A DNA stretch of 64,000 bases from Haplodiscus bocki (lineage: Eukaryota), in the NCBI GenBank assembly GCA_965655095.1, contig OZ296650.1, forward strand, positions 131,006,001 through 131,070,000, written 5' to 3'. Each line of letters begins with the position of its first letter. The stretch's first letter is position 1. Of this stretch, positions 1 through 11,200 are shown piece after piece. A model generated the notes under the pieces. That model had not been told where the DNA came from and did not search any database. It was given only the letters and a program-made list of their open reading frames with translations. The position numbers and the translations under genes are program-made.

Positions 1-2
1 AA

Positions 3-641
3 CGCATTATTATCATAGGCTGCATTTACTATCCTCCAGATGGCAACATAGACTCTGAATTAGCAGATCTCATCCTGAATATGCGTCAGCTATCTGAAAA
101 TCAGTTTCCAGGCTGTTACTTCCTAACAGGAGGAGACTTCAACTCTTTTGATGAATCCTTGCTACTCAACTTCTCGGACTTAGAACTAATCCCATCTGCC
201 CCAACCAGAGAAAACAAAACGCTGGACAAAATTTTTATTAATCACTGTGGACTTTATAAAGAGGCACAAGTAATTGAAACTTATCTCAAGTCTGATCACA
301 AAGGAGTACTCTGTGAGCCAACGCAACCACATACTGAGAGATGTTTCAGAACGTTTCAGGAAACAAAATTCAGAAATAAGCAGCAACTTGGACTCTTTTT
401 AGACTCAATTGATATACTTGAGGCTACAAATGCCACAGATCCGAACTCCAGCTACGAAAACTTACAAAACTTGATAATGGAAGCTCTTGATCAAACCTGC
501 CCATTAAAGAAAGTTAAACTGTCCGAAAGGGACCCACCTTTCATGACACCGTACTTGAAATCGCTACTGAAAAAGAAATACCAACTCAAACGCAGAAACA
601 GGTCCTCTGTGAATTTAGAAGAAATTAAAAATGAAATATAG
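3..641 (+). CDS. LINE ORF2, apurinic endonuclease (APE) C-terminal part and linker; 5'-partial, ends at a premature TAG
   Basis: Motifs GCIYYPP, GGDFN, PTRENKTLDKIF, SDHKGV, PPFMTPYLK. Same frame as 648..2225. Confidence 0.85.
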   Translation, partial: RIIIIGCIYYPPDGNIDSELADLILNMRQLSENQFPGCYFLTGGDFNSFDESLLLNFSDLELIPSAPTRENKTLDKIFINHCGLYKEAQVIETYLKSDHKGVLCEPTQPHTERCFRTFQETKFRNKQQLGLFLDSIDILEATNATDPNSSYENLQNLIMEALDQTCPLKKVKLSERDPPFMTPYLKSLLKKKYQLKRRNRSSVNLEEIKNEI

Positions 642-647
642 AAAAAT

Positions 648-2225
648 TTGACTCGTGGAAAGAGAGGAACAGCTTTATGGTGGAAGGAGATCAACACATT
701 AGCGGGAAGAACCAAAGGTAAATCGACCATCAAACATAATGCGCATGAACTTAATGATTTTTTCGCGAATATCTGCACAACTGAGAACTATAGAAAACCG
801 GAACAGAAATCAACGGCCTCCGAAGAAGTTCCTGAGATAACAATTCAGCAAGTCTATGATGAACTAAGAAACTTAAAAAGAACTACCACCGGTCCAGACG
901 GGATCCCTTCTTGGCTACTCAAAGACAATGCACATAGCTTTGCTGAACCGCTTGCGGTTATCTTCAACGCGTCTATCAAACAGGCATTGGTCCCAGTAGT
1001 CTTCAAAATGGCAAGAATTGTGCCAATTCCGAAGACATCAGAACCAAAGGACTTCGGAGACTATAGACCGGTCTCAATCACCTCGATAGTTTCAAGAATC
1101 TTCGAAAAAATTGTCATGAAACGGTTTGTGTCCTCCCAATATAATACTTGGCTACCATCGAACCAACATGGATTCAGAAATGGTGCTTCAACGACCACAG
1201 CCATACTAGAACTTCAAAATCACGTAGCCAGTTCCGAAGAAAAACATTTTGATTACATGCGAATTTTATCTGTGGACCTGAGTAAAGCGTTTGACAGGGT
1301 ACAGCACAATTTAATAGTTGAGAAACTCAGTAAAGTTGATCCACCTATCAACAACTATATAATTAACTGGATATCGAATTTCCTCACTGATCGACAGATT
1401 TACACTCAATTCGAAGCCCAAACGTCAGACCTGCGTCTGATAAATCAAGGAGTACGACAAGGGACAGTCCTTGGACCCCCACTTTTTAATACGAGCACAT
1501 TTGATATGAACCTAAACACGACTCCTAACGCTGAGATAACAAAGTTTGCTGATGACAGTAACTGTACAATAGCATGCACAACTGACAATGACAACACCCT
1601 CGTTGCCCTGGATTCCTTAAAAAGATGGTGCGACGAGAATAGATTCACTTTAAACGAAACAAAAACAAAAGTCCTAACAGTGAACTTCAAACGAAGAGAA
1701 TCCAGCCTGTTAAAACATGAAGAAATAGCAAAAGTTGACGAAATGAAAGTTTTAGGATTCATACTAGATAACAAGTTGAGTTTTAAATCACATGTTCTAC
1801 AATCCTGTAAGAAGGCATCGAGCATCTGCTTTCTACTGGTTAGGCTGAAAAACTTAGGTTTCACTCCTGAAGTTCTAGCTCTACTTTACAAGTCCCTGGT
1901 ATTGAGCATCCTTACCTATGGCTTACCAGTCTGGGGAGGCGCTCCGATTAGCACTCTACAGAACATCGACAAAGTCCAGAAGCGGGCTATGAACTTAGGA
2001 ATTATCAAAAGATTTACACCAATTAAACGCCTCATTGAAGAGAACGACATCCAACTTCTGCAGAAGATGAAATCACCGAACCACATTCTACATCACCTCC
2101 TCCCAACAAGATCTGAATATGCAGACGGAAGACTGCGAACTCGCGAAACATCAAGCAACTTTAAACTTGAAAAAAACATGAAATTGTTTCCGCATAGAGC
2201 CTTGAGAAAACTTTCCTTTAAATGA
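648..2225 (+). CDS. LINE ORF2 reverse transcriptase domain (525 aa open segment)
   Basis: GPDGIP, DYRPVSITS, NQHGFR, DLSKAFDRV, GVRQGTVLGPPLF, KFADD, LGFILDNKLSF, YGLPVWG. Confidence 0.95.
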   Translation: MTRGKRGTALWWKEINTLAGRTKGKSTIKHNAHELNDFFANICTTENYRKPEQKSTASEEVPEITIQQVYDELRNLKRTTTGPDGIPSWLLKDNAHSFAEPLAVIFNASIKQALVPVVFKMARIVPIPKTSEPKDFGDYRPVSITSIVSRIFEKIVMKRFVSSQYNTWLPSNQHGFRNGASTTTAILELQNHVASSEEKHFDYMRILSVDLSKAFDRVQHNLIVEKLSKVDPPINNYIINWISNFLTDRQIYTQFEAQTSDLRLINQGVRQGTVLGPPLFNTSTFDMNLNTTPNAEITKFADDSNCTIACTTDNDNTLVALDSLKRWCDENRFTLNETKTKVLTVNFKRRESSLLKHEEIAKVDEMKVLGFILDNKLSFKSHVLQSCKKASSICFLLVRLKNLGFTPEVLALLYKSLVLSILTYGLPVWGGAPISTLQNIDKVQKRAMNLGIIKRFTPIKRLIEENDIQLLQKMKSPNHILHHLLPTRSEYADGRLRTRETSSNFKLEKNMKLFPHRALRKLSFK

Positions 2226-2314
2226 ACGCTACCACTACCAAACCTGATTGATTGTTCCTTTTTGTTATTTGTATTTAAATCATAGTATTTCTGATGTGTT
2301 TCAGAAATAATTAA

Positions 2315-2340
2315 TTCTTTCTTTCTTTCTTTCTTTCTTT
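2315..2340 (+). repeat. (TTTC)n microsatellite 3' tail of the LINE
   Basis: About six TTTC units ~90 nt after the ORF2 stop. Confidence 0.9.
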
Positions 2341-4789
2341 AAAAAGAGGTCTTCACCTCTTGATTATAACAGTCAGTACCAGTCCAATTGATTTTATTTT
2401 TGAAGAGAATGATTTCCCCAGTTTACTTCATTTTACATGTCAACTCATGACTTTCCCCGAAATGTTTTGATGAACACTGGAGTTTTTCTATTAGTTTCTA
2501 CATTCAAATGGGAAGAGAGCACAAAGACTTGATGCCATATCAGTTATGGTTCTTGAAACAGTAATCATATTTTTGAGACCCTATTTATCATCAATAACCA
2601 ACACTTCCTTCAAACACGCAGCTCTACCGACTTGCTTGAGGAAAGAAAAATTTTCTCCCGCAAAGAAAACTGGCGCAATTTTTGTTTTGTAGAATTTTAG
2701 ACTTGTATCTTCGTTGTGAATAGGTTGTGTGCTGAAGCTTCTTCATACCGGTTTTACAATTTTATGAACCCTCGTACGAGTGAAACTTAGTTTGCGTTTA
2801 GAAGCAAACAGGACACTTTTAAAGCAAGAACCAAGTTTATGCTGAAAATACGTCCGGATCTAACAGAGTTCACTTTCGTGTTTGTCTTGATTCTAACAAG
2901 GAGTTCGACGCGTACCGTCATGAGAAAACAAAAAATGAGAAAAAAATGAAGGATATGTTCCAGGAGTTGTATTTGAGTGTTTTTGGACTCATTCCTCCAA
3001 CCGTCAACAGAGAGAGATCTTTAGCTAATGGATTGTAAAAACTCAAAAGGAATGAGCTTCAAGGATTGATCTTCTAGCCTCTGTTGTTTTCGTTACCTTC
3101 GAACTACCTTCGATACGCTTTAGATGTCTATGGTGACTTCTGGTTCGCCCATAACTCAACCGTTCTACAATCTAATAATGGAAAATCGACGACAGTTGAA
3201 AATTCAAGGCATTCGCGTTTTGAAAGGACTTGTTCATAGTAACGTATCAATAAACGAAGGCACGACAGAACTTATGTAAATCGATAAATTCGAAAAGCAA
3301 ACTATAAATTGTGAAAAAGCTTTGGGAGACAATACTTTGAAATATACAAAAGCATAATAAACAAAGTGTTTCATCTGTTTTTCCGGTAAAAATTCAAAAA
3401 ACTGTCCCAGCATTTTTTCACGCTAGTTAAAGTGCAAAATTTCCTGAGTAGATACATCCTAGTTTTTTTATTTACTCTTTCCAAAGAAAATAAAATAGCT
3501 TATGGTCTTTTGGTTTGAGGCTGTAAAATTAAAAATAAAAGTATATCGGTGGACCCATTAATTTAGACCAAGCGACTATAACGACTCTAGAAAAGCGCTA
3601 TTTTAAGTCTCTTCGATTGGTATTTTTGTAAACAACTGATTTGGTTTTTCATCATAGATCAGATTTAATTGCGGCCGGATATCTCAGCCTTTCATGTCAA
3701 CGCGTTACTAGGCAATTCCAAAACACGTGAAGAGTTACCACGAGACTGTTCACAAAGCCGGTGGTGATCAGATTTACAGGTAAAAGTTTCTTACTGTGAC
3801 CAGCATCTGCTCGGGAAGATTACTTGTTTATCAATTACCTTGATGAAGAGTGTAAAAGTAGATGATCGGAGAAACGTACTGGTTGGTCGAAACATTCTCA
3901 ACACACTTCACTTGAAAAATGTGAGTTCGTATTTCTGCAACGTCTACTTTCATGTGCGTACCTTCTTGCTTCTTGGGGTTCCAATGTTATATGCAGGATG
4001 CTCGGAGGGCTCGTTTTTGGTGATCCGAAGATGTTTTGTTGTTTCTGATTTTTTCTGTGATTTGCCAGTATGAACTCAAGATCCAAAAAGTCCGTATCGA
4101 ATTGTGTTGTTCTCGCCGATTTTTTTGGCTCGTCTTGAATTTACCCTTTTTCCGTTAGTTTTAAGACGAAATAAAAGAAATATTTTTTTGAGTGTCCAGT
4201 CTGTTCTTTCTTCCCTCTCTGTTTCATGATGACGACCTTTGGGACTATCATTGCATCATATTTTACAGCGAAAGTCAAATTCCCTATTTTTATTCCTACT
4301 GTTTCAGACATGCGAACCTCTAACAAAGTTTGTGTGTCGGTTATTCAGAGACGCATGGTGCTTTGCAAATTGTGCCAAGAGAGTATTCGCTGCTCTTAAT
4401 CATACATTTACTTTTGTGATCTGCCTCATCAAGATGTTTGAGTCACAGCTACTGTATCATGCCTTGTTTTTTGTAGATTACATTTTCTATTGACAATAAC
4501 AATTCCGTAAGACGATTTTGAAGAACTTTCTTCGTTTTTTTTTCATTCTGTATCATCCGAACATATTCTTCAGCCTTGCAATTTTGTTTCTATTAATCAA
4601 TAAATGGTTTTTTTTGCAGCTTTTGTCCAACTCCCAGGGTTGAAAATTCAAACACGCACACCTTAACATTCTGCCAGAGAACACTTTCTCCTGGGGGACG
4701 AGGGTGCTCATGGCGCACGCCTTCAGTGCTATGGTCTGCCCTCTGCCACTCAGTTTTGACAAACAGTTCAGCGACTTTGTGACTTCGAA

Positions 4790-6450
4790 ACAAAGCACAG
4801 TAGACATTATCACAACTTGTAGGAAAGTTAAGACTTGCAAACGGAGCAAGCCGTCTGGGTATGACAACACCTAAATAAATCTTCTAACAAGAATCCCGAC
4901 TCTGTCGATTTCTTCGTTTTTCTCATTCTTCGGCGAAGCTATCAACATATCAGTTGGTTAAGCAAAAAGCTGCGAAGAGTTTTAGCGCAGAACAATCTCA
5001 TTTTTTAGAACGGGAAGTTTACCTGACTGATGGGAAAAGCCAAATACTTTTTAAAAAATACTCATTCCTTCTCAAGATGAACAATCAAAATTCCCAAGTA
5101 TCTGGAGAAAAGTCCAACTGACGATTTGATAAAAAAGATCTTGATGTTGAACACGCATTCAGTATGGATTGTGCTGACAAAGGACGTGTTTTTTGGATCA
5201 AATTATTGGAAGTAGAGTGGAGAACGTAGAGTTTCAGCGGTACGGTCAACGATGGTCCTGTTTCCAGTGGATGACTCGGAGAAAGTTATTTTGCTACTAA
5301 AACTATCTGATGAAACTTGTACGACTCGATAATGCTTCGGCTGAAGTTATTAAACCTAGCTCACCGATCATAACAGAGACTCTGACTTTCATCGTCAACT
5401 AGTTTTCCTGCCGTTGCGAATTTTCAGTTCGTGTCAAACATGCAAAAGTGCTGCCGCATTTCAGACTTCGTACACATTTCTATGTAAAAAACGTTCCGCC
5501 AAAATCCTTTCTTCCGGTTTTGATCAAATTTTGAGAACGTGCCTTCTACAATTGACTTCCCACGTTTTTGGAATCGTCAAAATTGGTATCTGATAAACAG
5601 ATTTTTTTCGAGGGCATCATTTTGGTAATTGTGCTTTAGCTGAGATTACGAAACAAATCAGGTTTGACTCAAGTCTCAAATTTAGTTGATTCTTTTGGGA
5701 AACTTAAAAAAACCAAAAATCATGGAATATTTCAGAGAGCTGGAACTTAATGGAGTTTCGGGCGTGGCAATTGACTGCATGAAATCAAATTCTTGTACTG
5801 CAAGGCATATGGTTACTGTTAAAAGAATCAAATCTCGGATTTGCAACATCGAAGTTGGTGTTCCACAGAGATTGGTACTTGATCCTTTTTTTGTTTAGGC
5901 TGATCGTCGAAAAGACATCAAGCGTTCCAAGTGAATGAAGTAGAACTTCACCTTTTTGCTAATGATGCGAAGAGTGTTTATCATGATGATTTTTTAAATG
6001 GAACAATTGAAAACGGCTTTACTCAAACATCAAGAGAAGGCATGTGGTCCATTTTGAAAACAGAACACAAGCTCTCAAGTTTGGTGGTTCAATCAAATCA
6101 GATTGTAAGGTTGTGAAACCTTTGGGTATTTTTCTGGTAGGTTTTTAAGAAATGAGCGTCATTGTTTTTGTCCTGAAACATCTTGAGCTCCAGTTTATTA
6201 AGCATCGCGGTCATTCATTGGTGCAGAAATTTATCATGCGATACTACAATGTTTTCGTCAAACGAATTATACGATACGTTTTACTTATCTGGGGATCGAC
6301 TTCTGCAAAAAAAATTAACACCTATTTTGTTAATCCCGAAGAGGGAAATTAGACCAATTTGTTTCAACGATGGATTTTTTTGAAACGAAAGGATAACGCG
6401 CGGAGAAACAAATCCAAACATTTATCCCTCTTTATGCACTACACCTTATG
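4790..6450 (+). mobile_element. Highly decayed LINE RT remnant
   Basis: Fragments in the expected order: KPSGYDN (~4850), ILLGNLKK (DLxKAF-like), EVGVPQRLVLDPFF (GVPQGSVLGP), LHLFAND (FADD), RYVLLIWGST. Confidence 0.75.
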
Positions 6451-6949
6451 AACTTCACCTCCAATTCGCTAGTAAGGTCGTATAAGCACTTCAACGGACA
6501 TTTCCTTCACTTAAAATTGTCTTCAATTTGAACACAGAGCATGTATTCAAGGGAAATTAAAATCTATGAGAAGCATAGTCGATGCTTAGTACATCTGGGG
6601 AGACGTGGCTCTCAACTGTTGAATCGTCGACTGCCATTTGCAACACTCCAGGAGAATCTCTCGTCTTGTACCGAGAAAGTACAAAACGTCCAATAAAAAG
6701 TTCAGCTATGTTGTTGTTGTTCGAAATGCGCTGATTTGTCAGAACTTCTAATCCCTTGTAAAATTGTTGTTCCGGCACGAATCTTATTGGTTCGCGTGTA
6801 GCAATTTTCTGATTTCCCGGGTTTATATAAAATGCCCTCACACGGTTCAAAATTAATCCAATTTCTTCGGGTGAAAAAGATTTTTTCCTGAGATAAGCCG
6901 CAGTGGTCCCCCAAAAGTTACTAAAGAACGCTTATAAAGCCACGGCGAG

Positions 6950-7850
6950 TACAGTCATACCTGAATGGCTAAAACGCAAAACTATACGATAACCCATGAA
7001 AAGTTTTTATCAACCGTCAGATTAGGCAAAGTCCCTCCGGAACCAGCAACCTAACGCCCAATCACACTACTGTCAGTGTGGCGCAAACTGGTTTCATTGA
7101 TTCTCCGACAACGAAAATATGGTAAACTGGACGACCAAATCAATAGGAGGCAACCTAACTGATCAAGGAACAAATCAATCAGTGACGTCGTAATACCGCA
7201 CAGATTGTCGTTTGCAGCAAGTGTAGGACGCCAGTTTAACCGTGTTTTGACCGGCATCGATATGTTGAAAGCGTTCAACTTTGTACGCTGAAGCACACTG
7301 ACAGAACTCCTCGGAGAAATCATCTACCCGGAAGATCTCAAGGGTTCCAAAATTTTGTGCTCGACCAGGGTTTTTGCCGTTAAAAAGAACAAACTCATCA
7401 GTGAAAGAAACCAGACCAAGCAAGGCGTTAATCGAGGAGGTGCAACTTTGCCGAATTTTTTCAATTTTGAAAATGAGTCTCCTACAACAATTGACAACCT
7501 TGCTCACAGACAGCGATCTTCACTACTGTGAAATAAGATACAATCTGTCCTCGCATCGAACATTCTGTCGACATTGACTTCATGAGAGCAAATTGACCGT
7601 AACCCGCTGATGGTAAAAGTCGACAACACCTTTAAAACATTTGACATGAGTTTTAGCCACGACAAATGGGATATCACTTACTTTGAGAATGATGCCAGCC
7701 TCAGAAAAGTCAAGAAATTGCTCTCGCTACTTGATAACTCTGTGGATACTGAAAGGAGAGATAACCTCTGTCAAGTTGCTCCGGAAAACTACTATATCTT
7801 ATGGTTCGATATCCTATATCTTTTGCATTACTTAACCCACTGAAATCAAT
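6950..7850 (+). mobile_element. Decayed LINE RT remnant (RTE-like)
   Basis: The + strand translates RPITLLSVWRKLVSLIL at ~7055 and GIDMLKAFNFV at ~7253, interrupted by stops and frameshifts. Confidence 0.65.
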
Positions 7851-8132
7851 GAAAGCAAAGCGTCGTCTGAAAGCAATGCTTCCTTTTTTAATGAAAATAC
7901 TTACTCGTTCCAACTTTTTGTGTGCTTTTTATTTACTTTGGTTTTTGGTGCATAGGACTGCTCCTTGTCCCTCCACCCGAATTAAACTAGGGATCAATTT
8001 CGTCCGAATTGCTCGTCTTCCCAGCAGTTGGGTTCGTCAGTTTTTTTCCGGCAAATTCTCCGCATTTCATTCTTTGTTGAGAAATCCCTGACAACATTTG
8101 TTTTCAGATAGAATGTAGTTGATTGGTGGAAA

Positions 8133-8259
8133 ATGGAGTTTCACAAACTACCAGTGTTTATTCATCCTTCGGAATTTTGTTTCAGCGTTACTGAAAAGAC
8201 TTCTCAAAAACAAATTCTCACTGTCTATAACCCTTACGACTTCTCCATCAAGTTCAAAA
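8133..8259 (+). CDS. MOSPD1: MOSPD1 coding exon 1 (MEFHKLPVFIHPSEFCFSVTEKTSQKQILTVYNPYDFSIKFK)
   Basis: ATG at 8133 and donor GTAAGC at 8260. An upstream acceptor-like TTTTCAG at 8101-8107 suggests a further non-coding exon. Confidence 0.9.
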
Positions 8260-11200
8260 GTAAGCTCGTTATCGATCGAGGAAAGAGGTCATTTCCTGGC
8301 CTGTTCTAACCAGTTTCGTTTTAGAAGCAAAAAAAAACATGCGAAAGCTGAACATGTTTATATAAAATGCGAACATTAGAACTTTAGAACTGCGGTGAAA
8401 ATTGTTGACTTGGGTCATTTTAGAAATCATCTCTTCAACTAACAGGAATTAGAACTCCATACATTTATGGTTATGGGGTATGTTTTTTTCAGTCAATATG
8501 GCCTTGATGTGTGGTGTTCCAGACACTTTGATGGAATGGAACAATAAGCATGTTTGCCACAATTTTTACACATTCTGACTCTGAAGACTGTATTGAAACC
8601 GGTTAATCTCTAGTTTTTCTAATCCTTTTGAAAACATGTATTTTTTGTCGTCGTCAGTTAGTGTAGTGATCTTGTTTAACCGATCAGAAAGGCCTTTTTG
8701 AGACGTTTTGCAAGTACGTTTATTTTTGCGTTCTGGAAAATGCTTTTTTTTAGAAATTGGTCTGAAAAAATGAACGGCAGCGTCCTAAAAGTCATGTTTA
8801 GCATGTCAATATTTTGAATGAGGCAGTGTGGCTGCTAATTCTTCATTTTTACCTGTCAATTGAATCTCAGGATCTTCGAAGTGCACTGTTTATCTTTGAT
8901 CTCAATTAGCAAGTCAGATTCCCTTTACCATTTTTCAGTCCCCGAAATTCCCCTTTACCTTTGTTGAAGCTTGGCAGTGATGACAAGTACCAATGCTTTG
9001 ATAATAAAACTGTTAACCTGTTAAGAAAGGCTACACCAGTTAGATGAATCGTCTTGAAAATGTGCATAACGGAAATTAGGAGTCAGAATATCAAAGAAGT
9101 AAAACTAAAGAGCAAACATTGTTTACGTTAGTTACCCAAGTTAAACAAGGCAAATTGTTTGAATAAATTTATTAGAGAGATGACTTAATTCTCTTTACAG
9201 AGCACCAATTATTATTATTATAGTTAATTTTCAAATAGTACAAAAGCAACGATTGTATACATGTAAATAGTTAGCTTGAACTAAACAGAGGTCTGCAGAT
9301 GCTGCAATAGCAACAAAAATATTAGCTGCATCTTAATTCCATATCAAAGGGTTTAGCAAACAGAAATTTTTTAATATTTGACTCGTTTGTTGGATCATTG
9401 AAATTTATAATTCCGTCCCGGTAGAGATAGTTAAAAGAGCTGACAGCTTTCATAAAGTTTTGAAGGTGTGGGATGGCAATCAGTTTCAGGGGATTTGTTA
9501 CTATTCTCCTGGAGATTGTCTTCGTTGGCTCGAAAACGATGTAGTTGTAACGATCAAAAATGTATTTATTTTCTAGAGTATCCAGTAATAGAAACAATGT
9601 CTGCATTGCAGCAGGTAGACTGACTGGAAGATGATGATATTTGATGAGCTGTTTTTCATATGCTACTTTCCATTCAAAAATCCATTTGAAGCACCGTTTT
9701 TGGAAAGTCTGTTTTTTTGACAAAACAAATTTGCCAGCCAAACCGGAGAAGCACACATGACGACAGAGAGAACAGTAATTGAAAAGATATTGAACTTTAC
9801 TGAGAATGAAGTACTCCATGGAACCGTGTTACGGAGTAGAAAATATAGTTTCTTAGCTTTTGATATCTTCGCTGACAGAGAATATGTCCATTTTAAATCT
9901 TGGCTAAATATGACTCCAAGATTTTCTGATGTTTCACATTTTCAATAGGTTCTTCGCTGAGAAACACTGATACATCACCACGCAAGACTACACATTTTGT
10001 TTTGAGCAAATTTACTAAAATCCCGTTTGGAAGGTTCCAGGAATGGAGGCGTACAAGATCTGCTTCAAAATTTGAGGAATCTAACAGAAGTTTCAGCTCG
10101 TCCGCAAACAACCACGGAATTGCATCAAGGAATATGGAAGGCATGTCATTCAAGAAAATGATTAACAGAAGAGGGCCCAAAACAGAACCCTGAGGAATGC
10201 CGCTCAAAACTGGCAGAGGATCGGACATCTCGTTCTGAGCCATGACAATTTGGTATCTGTCTGAAAGATAGGATTCGCAGAGACAGATCAAACTTTTATC
10301 GAGGCAAATAAACGAAGTTCACGCAGTAGAACTTGAAAAGGATCCCTGTCGAAAGCTCTTGGGCAATTTAAGTAAACTGTATGAAGCTTGGTAGAATTTT
10401 GAAGGCTGACAGTTCGCGAAAAATCAATCAACTAGAACAGCATTTTTTCTTGATTGGAAATGGAACTGTTGTGGAGTAATTTTACGTTTCACTTTATTGT
10501 ATAAGAAGTCAATGACATTTTTCTCGAAAATTAGTGAAACTTTGGGTAGCAGACTTATGGGTCTATAATTGTTGTTTTTTTTCGGTTTCACCATCTGACT
10601 TATGCTGCGGCCCAATAGAGGAAGTCTTTCAAATATCAGTTATTTCGCGTGTGGATAATAGAAGAGAATATAAACGAAAGTGGCGCGAACATGTGGGGCA
10701 AAGCTTAAGTAAAGAAGGCGGAAAGTCATTGTAGAGAACGGCTCCGGAAGGTTTCATTGCTACAAGCTTTCCAAAAACTTCGTCACAGGTCATAGTTTCA
10801 AAAATATCCTCAAGGAATTTGCCACGCTGGTAAAAAGGATTAATTGAAGGATACCAACGACTGTTGAACGTTGACGTGTAATGTTTATTGAAACTGTTTG
10901 CAATGTCAAAATCTTGAGAAAATGAGACTTCTATTTCATTGGGCAGGGGAGCTTTTGACAGAATTTAGCTTATTGAAGACATCGTTCGAGCTTTGAGTCA
11001 AAGCCCCCGTGAAGAAACATTTTTTGTCCAGCTCGACAGAATTAGATAAATTCTCCTTGGCCTTTTCAAGTTTCCGGGAGTTTCCTTTTGTGGGTTTTCG
11101 AAGACATTTCCTTTCAGTAGTATCTTCAATATTTGACTATAGTTTGGGAAGAGTAATAGAAGGGGTTGTCCAGTCGTTTTCTTCTCCTTGGGCTAAAAAT

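Larger units (their letters stand above)
1..2340 (+). mobile_element. Near-intact non-LTR retrotransposon (LINE, APE-RT type, CR1/L2-group-like); 5' end lies outside the window
   Basis: One reading frame from base 3 (IIGCIYYPP..., GDFN, TLDKIF, SDH = APE motifs) to 2225 (RT), broken only by TAG at 639-641. It is followed by a short 3' UTR, a hairpin at 2286-2309 and a (TTTC)n tail to 2340. Confidence 0.95.

Noticed and set aside
639-647. Programmed stop-codon readthrough in the LINE
   Set aside because: The context TAG AAA AAT lacks a CARYYA-type signal, and APE-RT is normally one ORF. A point mutation is simpler.
2341-4780. Short ORFs and coding-like stretches
   Set aside because: No motif I can recognise; probably very old TE debris, left unassigned.
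8119-8379. 86-aa ORF from the track as a gene
   Set aside because: It overlaps MOSPD1 exon 1 in the wrong frame; the conserved frame starts at ATG 8133 and splices at 8259.
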